From positions 1 through 37,262 of the forward strand of contig CAZWXG010000005.1 of the NCBI GenBank assembly GCA_964637825.1: DNA of 37,262 bases, read 5' to 3'. Of this stretch, positions 32,179 to 37,262 are shown piece by piece (positions within the stretch are counted from its first letter, which is position 1; every line of letters starts with the position of its first letter). The notes under the pieces were generated by a model. It saw only the letters and a program-made list of their open reading frames with translations, was not told the origin of the DNA and did not search any database. This DNA comes from an uncultured Acidobacteriota bacterium. Its GTDB lineage: Bacteria; Acidobacteriota; UBA6911. Position numbers and translations under genes: made by a program.

Positions 32179-33651
32179 CTACCCCAGTTTGTTCAGCGCC
32201 TCGGCAAACCCGCGAAACGCCCCCTGCCCGGGGAAAACGCTCTCGAGGATCCTGGGCGCGATGCGCAGGGTCTGCTCCGTCGTCAGGCAGTATTCCATGG
32301 CGGCGAACCGGCCCCGGAATTCCCGGACCTCGGCCGCCCTCGACTTGTTCCTCACGATGATGTCGGCCATGAGCCCCGCGAGTTCGCCGAAATCGGGCTC
32401 CTTCATCCCGAACCGCGTCATCTCCTGGACCCCCATGCGGATGCCGCTGGGATGGTAGAAGGTGGCGTCGCCGGGAAGGGCCTGGTAGTTGGTGATGACG
32501 TTGTTCGCCTCGAGCCGGGAGGCGACCTCCTTGGCATCCCCGAACCGCTCGACGCGGATGAGCACCTGGTGGGTGCGCGTATACCCCTCCTCTTCACCCC
32601 CCTCGACGGGGATCCCCGCGGCGGCGCAGGCCGCGGCGAACGCCCGCGCGTTGGACAGGACCTGGGCCTGGTATTCGGCCTTGAACGCGTTCATTTCCAT
32701 GGTCGCGGCGAGCATCCCGAGTTGGGTGCCCAGGTGATGGTTGCTGGTGGAACCCGGGAAGGTGCGGCCGACGATGTCCGACCAGAGCTTCCGCCAGGGG
32801 GACCCTTCGGGGATCTTCGCCGCGATGATGCCCCGCTGGGGCCCGAAGAAGGTCTTGTGCGTCGACCCGGTCACCACCAGCGCGCCCTCGCCCAGGGGAT
32901 CCTGGAACTCCGCCCCGAGGATTCCCATGACATGGGCCGCGTCGTACATCACCAGCGGGCGGTATTCGGGCACGGTATGGAGGAAGGTCTTCAGCTGCCG
33001 GATGGGCTCGGGGTGCAGAAACATGCTCTTGCCGAAGACGATCAGCGCCGGCCGGTTCCGGTCCACCAGCTCGATCATCTTTTCGGCGTCGATCTTGTAG
33101 AGGTTGCGCGCGTCGGCGGGGAAATTGACGATGTGGTCCTCGGCGAAATTGTACAGGGCGCCGTACGGCTGCGCCGACAGGTGGCCGCCGTAATTGAGGT
33201 CGTTGTTCATGACGCAGGCCAGGCGCCCGGTCGGACTCAGGGATGGGAACCCGGCGGGCTTCGCCGAGAGGAATTTGACCAGCCCCTTGAAGACGATTTC
33301 GTTGGCCATCTGGCCGCTCACCGGGCGCGTTTCCACGTCGCTCGCGCCCACGAACTCGGCGAATTCGGCCTTCAGGCGTTCTTCCATCCGGTAGATGAAA
33401 TCGGCCCCCTGGTAGTAATAGACCTGGTCCCCCTTGAGGGCGCCGCTCCCGGCCAGCGACTCCAGCTCCTTCTTGAGCGCCGTCTTGTGTTCGGCGTACC
33501 GCCCGGAGGGGTCCCCGATCTCGCACAGCTTGACCAGGAGCGAGGGGGTGTTTTCCGAGGGGATGAGGTTGAAGCATTCCCGCTGGCGCCAGAGGTTGTT
33601 CTCCACAATTCTGTCCGCGAGTTCACCGAGCTTGTGTTCTAACGCATTCAT
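32179..33651 (-). CDS. Divergent serine hydroxymethyltransferase-family PLP enzyme (490 aa)
   Basis: ATG 33651 (MNALEHK) has GGAGA upstream. SHMT-like landmarks: NLIPSENT, RYAE...YYYQG (with an insertion of about 17 aa relative to the canonical NKYAEGYPGKRYYGG), RPVSGQMAN, YGGHLS, DAAHVMG, GSTHKTFFGPQRG (PLP Lys). Confidence 0.75.
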   Translation of the reverse strand: MNALEHKLGELADRIVENNLWRQRECFNLIPSENTPSLLVKLCEIGDPSGRYAEHKTALKKELESLAGSGALKGDQVYYYQGADFIYRMEERLKAEFAEFVGASDVETRPVSGQMANEIVFKGLVKFLSAKPAGFPSLSPTGRLACVMNNDLNYGGHLSAQPYGALYNFAEDHIVNFPADARNLYKIDAEKMIELVDRNRPALIVFGKSMFLHPEPIRQLKTFLHTVPEYRPLVMYDAAHVMGILGAEFQDPLGEGALVVTGSTHKTFFGPQRGIIAAKIPEGSPWRKLWSDIVGRTFPGSTSNHHLGTQLGMLAATMEMNAFKAEYQAQVLSNARAFAAACAAAGIPVEGGEEEGYTRTHQVLIRVERFGDAKEVASRLEANNVITNYQALPGDATFYHPSGIRMGVQEMTRFGMKEPDFGELAGLMADIIVRNKSRAAEVREFRGRFAAMEYCLTTEQTLRIAPRILESVFPGQGAFRGFAEALNKLG

Positions 33652-33730
33652 GGTCGTTCTCCAGTTCCCGGGCCGCGGGCCCGCAACCTGCGCGGGGCCG
33701 CCGGCCGGGACGTTTGGCCGCAATCGCGGG

Positions 33731-34549
33731 TCAGGGGTTGGGTTGGATCGTCTTCAATCTCTCCGCCACCGGGGCGATGTCCGCGCGGCTGGACAGGTCC
33801 AGCACCGAACCCCGGAAGGCGAGGGCGCGGATCGGTTCGCCGAGCGTGTTCATGGCGTACTGGACCGCATCGGTCAGTTCGAGTTCGCCGCGCGCCGAGG
33901 GCGCGATGCGCCGGCAGGCTTCGAAAATGGCCGGGGAAAAGACCCAGCAGTTCATGCTGACGTAGACCGGCAGGCCCAGCTCCCGGACGGCGTCCGCGCT
34001 CGGCTTCTCGATGATGCGCTCGAGCAGGCCGTCAGGGCCCGCCTTGGCGACCGCGAATTTGAGCACGCGCTCCTCGGGGATGTTGCCGGAAGCCACCAGG
34101 GCCTCCCGTTCGAAAAGCGCGATCCCGGACCGGTCCAGGCGTCCCATGGCCGCGAGGGTTTCCACCGGGTAGTAGTTGTCCGAGTTGAGCAGCAGGAACA
34201 GGTCCCCCCCGGCGAAGCCTTCGGCCGCCAGCACGGCATCGGCCGTTCCCAGGGGTTTTTCCTGGATGGCGAATTCGACCGCGATCCGGCGGGGGGGGGA
34301 CTCGGTCCCGTAATACTCCCGGATCAATCCGTGCTCGGGGCCGATGACGAGGCACGCGCGGCGGTAGCCGGCATCCGCGAGCGCGCTCAGGACGTAATCC
34401 AGGAAGGGGCGCCCGATCGGGATCATGGCCTTGACGCCGGCGTCGGCCACCTCGCTCTGGCCCCGTTCGAGCGGGGCGGAGCCGTCCCGGGAGCGCATCC
34501 GCGTCCCCAGCCCGCGCGCCATGATCACCGCCTTCTCCACTCGATCCAT
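33731..34549 (-). CDS. Sugar-phosphate nucleotidyltransferase family protein
   Basis: N-terminal AVIMARGLGTRM (GxGTR signature), MIPIGRPFLDYVL, EKPLGTADAV, LLLNSDNYY. GAGGGGG upstream of the ATG. Confidence 0.75.
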   Translation of the reverse strand: MDRVEKAVIMARGLGTRMRSRDGSAPLERGQSEVADAGVKAMIPIGRPFLDYVLSALADAGYRRACLVIGPEHGLIREYYGTESPPRRIAVEFAIQEKPLGTADAVLAAEGFAGGDLFLLLNSDNYYPVETLAAMGRLDRSGIALFEREALVASGNIPEERVLKFAVAKAGPDGLLERIIEKPSADAVRELGLPVYVSMNCWVFSPAIFEACRRIAPSARGELELTDAVQYAMNTLGEPIRALAFRGSVLDLSSRADIAPVAERLKTIQPNP

Positions 34550-34617
34550 GCGCCTGCCCCCTCAGCAAGACCCTAATCATAGCACTCGATGGCGGCGGGG
34601 TTGAGTCCAAAGAAAAT

Positions 34618-36714
34618 TCAGACCTCGCGGGCGGTGCGCACTCCCGCGCCGATGGCGTCGGCGATCAGGAGGGGGTCCTTGCAGTCCCCGATCGCGTACA
34701 CCTCCGGCACCCTCTCCCCGAGCTCCTTGAGGAGCCCGTCGACCCGCGCGAGCGGCAGGGCGGAGACGATGGTGTCGGCCCCGAGCGTCAGCCGTTCCCC
34801 CTCGCGGGTGACAAGGGTCAATCCCCGGTCGCTGATCCCGACGATCTCCCGGACCCCGCTGTAGAGTTTCACCCCTTTTTTCCCGAACCAGAGCATCAGG
34901 TGCCCGAGCAGGGCGTCGACCATCCCCTCGCCGATCGTCTCCTTCTGTTCCACGATCGTCACTTCCCTGCCGCGCTTGGCCAGGAACTCGGCCAGTTCGC
35001 ACCCCTGGATGGCCCCGCCGATCACGATCACCCGCTTCCCCATCGGCATGTAAAAGCGGGAAAGGTTCCGCAGAGTTTCGGGCTTGAAGAACTTCAGGAA
35101 GAACTTCAGCCGCCGGTGGAGCACCGCGCCGCTGAGGACGATGGAGCTGTCCGCACCCGGTATTTCGGGCGCGACGGAGGCCCCTCCCGTCGCCAGGAAC
35201 ACGACGTCGGGCTTGATCGCCTCCACCGTGTCGAGGTTCACCTCGCGCCCCAGGACCACCTTCACCCCCAGTTGCTTCAACTGCCGCTCGAAATAGCGGA
35301 TGAGGAGCGACAGGTCCTCGGGATGGGACCCCTTGACCATGGAGGCGAGCGGCAGCAGCCCCCCGAGGGCCGGGGCCTTCTCGTAAAGGGTGACCGTGTG
35401 CCCGCGCAGCGCCGCGACCCTGGCGGCCGACATCCCGGCGGGACCGCCCCCGATCACCAGGACCCTTTTCTTCCTGGCCGCCGGCTCGATCGTGTTGTAG
35501 GGGGTGCCCAGCAGGCCGTTGATCCTGCAGCGGCGGCTCCCCAGGCAGTTGTCGCAGGCGGTGCAGGGGGCGATGTCGTCCATCTTCCCCGCGGCCACCT
35601 TGTTCGGGTATTCCGGGTCGGCCAGCAAACGCCTCGTCATGGCGATAAAATCGACCTTCCCCTCCCGCAGCAGCTGTTCGCCGAGATCGGCGTCGAGCCG
35701 GCCGACCACCGTGACCGGGATGCCGACGACGGCCTTGATCCCCGCCGCCATCCGGATATTGGCGCCGATCCCCCTGCGGCTGGTATCGTACTCCGGGGGG
35801 AAGGACTCGATCGGGACGGGGGGCTCCGGGTAGAAGAGGGCTTCGGGGAGATAAGCCCCCACGTGGTAGCCGAGCCAGTGGCTCCGGACCTGGATGGCAT
35901 CGGCCCCCGCCTGCTCGAGCAGCCGGGCGATGGCGCGGCTGTCCTCGTGGGTGAGGCAGCGGCGGTTATCCACGCCGGCGGCCTGGCCGATTTCCATCCC
36001 GTTCAGGATCATGGAGACCGGGAAATCCCCCCCGGCGCGCTTCTTGACCGCGCGGATCACCTCCATGGCGAAGCGGGCCCGGTTTTCCACGCTCCCGCCG
36101 TAGGCGTCCTCCCGGCGGTTCCAGTACGGGGAGAAGAAATTGTGCAGCAGGTGGCTGCTGGCGGCGTTGATGTCCACGCCGTCAAACCCCGCCTTGCGGG
36201 CCCGGAACGCGGCGCTGGCGAACTTGTCGACGACCTGTTCGATCTCCTCGACGGTGAGCGCGTGCGGAGCCTGGTTGTGGAAGTCGCTCTCCGCGTCGAG
36301 CGTCACGGGGGAAGCGCCGATCGGCTCCCCCTCGAAAAAGGGCTCGGGGGCGAAGGGGAGCTTCGCCTGCCAGGGGCCGTCATGGTTCATCTGCATGAAG
36401 GTGGGGCAACCGTGCCGGTGGATCACCTCCACCAGTTCGCCGAGCCCCTGGATGTACCGGTCGTCGTCGATGCGGTACCGTTCCTTCCACCGCACCCCCA
36501 GGGGGTAGTCGATCGTGGGGGACTCCACGATCAACAGCCCGACGCCCCCCCGGGCGATCCCCTCGTAGAAGGCGAGAACCTCCGGCCGCATATGCACGTC
36601 GTCCTCGTGCCACATCAGCATCCCGGCCCCCGACTTGACGATCCGGTTTCTCGTTTTCACGGACCCGATGCGGCCGGGTTCCATGAGCTTTTCATACCTG
36701 GAGCTGTGGCTCAT
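34618..36714 (-). CDS. Old-yellow-enzyme-type NADH:flavin oxidoreductase fused to an FAD/NAD(P)-binding domain (2,4-dienoyl-CoA reductase-like)
   Basis: OYE part: IVKSGAGM, QMNHDGP, GFDGVDINAASSHLLHNFFSP, NRREDAYGGS. Fe-S-type Cys cluster CTACDNCLGSRRC. Two dinucleotide folds: VLVIGGGPAGM and VIVIGGAIQGCE. ATG 36714 is preferred to GTG 36735. Confidence 0.85.
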   Translation of the reverse strand: MSHSSRYEKLMEPGRIGSVKTRNRIVKSGAGMLMWHEDDVHMRPEVLAFYEGIARGGVGLLIVESPTIDYPLGVRWKERYRIDDDRYIQGLGELVEVIHRHGCPTFMQMNHDGPWQAKLPFAPEPFFEGEPIGASPVTLDAESDFHNQAPHALTVEEIEQVVDKFASAAFRARKAGFDGVDINAASSHLLHNFFSPYWNRREDAYGGSVENRARFAMEVIRAVKKRAGGDFPVSMILNGMEIGQAAGVDNRRCLTHEDSRAIARLLEQAGADAIQVRSHWLGYHVGAYLPEALFYPEPPVPIESFPPEYDTSRRGIGANIRMAAGIKAVVGIPVTVVGRLDADLGEQLLREGKVDFIAMTRRLLADPEYPNKVAAGKMDDIAPCTACDNCLGSRRCRINGLLGTPYNTIEPAARKKRVLVIGGGPAGMSAARVAALRGHTVTLYEKAPALGGLLPLASMVKGSHPEDLSLLIRYFERQLKQLGVKVVLGREVNLDTVEAIKPDVVFLATGGASVAPEIPGADSSIVLSGAVLHRRLKFFLKFFKPETLRNLSRFYMPMGKRVIVIGGAIQGCELAEFLAKRGREVTIVEQKETIGEGMVDALLGHLMLWFGKKGVKLYSGVREIVGISDRGLTLVTREGERLTLGADTIVSALPLARVDGLLKELGERVPEVYAIGDCKDPLLIADAIGAGVRTAREV

Positions 36715-36853
36715 GCGCGTCACCTTTCGATCCACTGGTTACGGGTTCAAAGAGGTGACATTATATATCCAGCAACGCCATTTCGGACCGGAAATCGAGC
36801 ATATTGAGTTCCCTGTCATCCGCAGGCAGAATGAGGGGGGGAGGGACGAAGGG

Positions 36854-37262
36854 ATGGAGCGACGCCTCAGGATCGGGATCATCTCGGACACGCACGGAGT
36901 GCTCCGCCCGGAAGCGGTGGAGGCGCTCGCGGGGGTCGCCCACATCGTCCATGCCGGCGACATCGGCGACCCGGCGGTGCTGGAGGCGCTCGGGAGGATC
37001 GCCCGGGTGACGGCCGTCCGCGGCAACGTGGATCGGGGTCCCTGGTCGCACCCGCTGCCCGAAACCGCCATGATGGAAGTCGCCGGGAGGCTGCTCTACA
37101 TCCTCCACGACCTTTCCCGCCTCGACCTGCAGCCCCGTGCCGCCGATGTGGCGGCCGTGATCTTCGGGCACTCCCATGTTGCAGGGGCCGAGAGGCGGGA
37201 CGGGGTACTCTACTTCAATCCCGGGAGCGCGGGCCCGCGGCGGTTCGACCTGCCGGCCACCG
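36854..37262 (+). CDS. YfcE/MJ0936-type metallophosphoesterase; 3' end outside the window (not in the supplied ORF track)
   Basis: My own translation of frame 2 from ATG 36854: MERRLRIGIISDTHGVLRPEAVEALAGVAHIVHAGDIGD...VRGNVDRG...LLYILHD...VIFGHSHVAG...YFNPGSAGPRR. This carries the full DxH / GD / GN / H / GHxH motif series. The frame is open to the window end. A G-rich SD (GGGGGGAGGG) lies upstream. Confidence 0.8.
   Translation, partial: MERRLRIGIISDTHGVLRPEAVEALAGVAHIVHAGDIGDPAVLEALGRIARVTAVRGNVDRGPWSHPLPETAMMEVAGRLLYILHDLSRLDLQPRAADVAAVIFGHSHVAGAERRDGVLYFNPGSAGPRRFDLPAT

Noticed and set aside
36804-37010. 68-aa track ORF at the right edge
   Set aside because: A different frame, from ATG 36854, encodes a complete metallophosphoesterase motif series and stays open to the window end. 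The 68-aa ORF is its out-of-frame shadow.
1-37262. CRISPR arrays, IS elements, integrase/transposase genes and prophage structural genes
   Set aside because: None were found on either strand. The only repeats are the short arrays reported above, and tRNA-Glu at about 20 kb is not adjacent to the island.

Overview
The window splits into two parts. Positions 1 to about 12,400 are an accessory defence-type island. Positions 12,400 to 37,262 are ordinary high-GC core genes, about 73% GC on a hand-counted 60-nt line.

The island is one tightly overlap-coupled plus-strand operon: hsdM (5' end off-window), a second full-length hsdM, a DinD-family gene, a 775-aa RloC/PrrC-like SMC-type ATPase with a CxxC hook, hsdS, and hsdR. 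It is followed by rhuM, a class-II-type fic and a 102-aa orphan ORF. dinD, the ATPase and hsdS are clearly lower in GC than hsdM and hsdR. The second target-recognition domain of hsdS falls to about 40% GC on hand-counted lines. I saw no integrase, transposase, IS end or CRISPR array.

Core genes:
- yrbG-type Ca/Na antiporter
- minus-strand sucC-sucD-apbC-GT9 block
- pseudo-receiver/FHA/GAF/PP2C signalling protein whose 3' end overlaps a convergent tRNA-Glu(CUC)
- isoprenoid/hopanoid-type block: ispH, hpnA, two tandem Zn-dependent MDR dehydrogenases, and a squalene/phytoene-synthase family gene
- lysC-dapB-dapA
- DUF1015, heme O synthase, gcvH and a small membrane-anchored hypothetical
- minus-strand block of an OYE/FAD reductase, a nucleotidyltransferase and a divergent SHMT-like gene
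- a metallophosphoesterase running off the right edge, which is absent from the supplied ORF track

The best candidate for something new is the dinD plus RloC-like pair embedded between hsdM and hsdS. The tandem hsdM paralogues and a five-copy GCAGAT/ATCTGC motif array just upstream of dinD add to it. All family calls rest on motif recognition by eye; no database search was possible.
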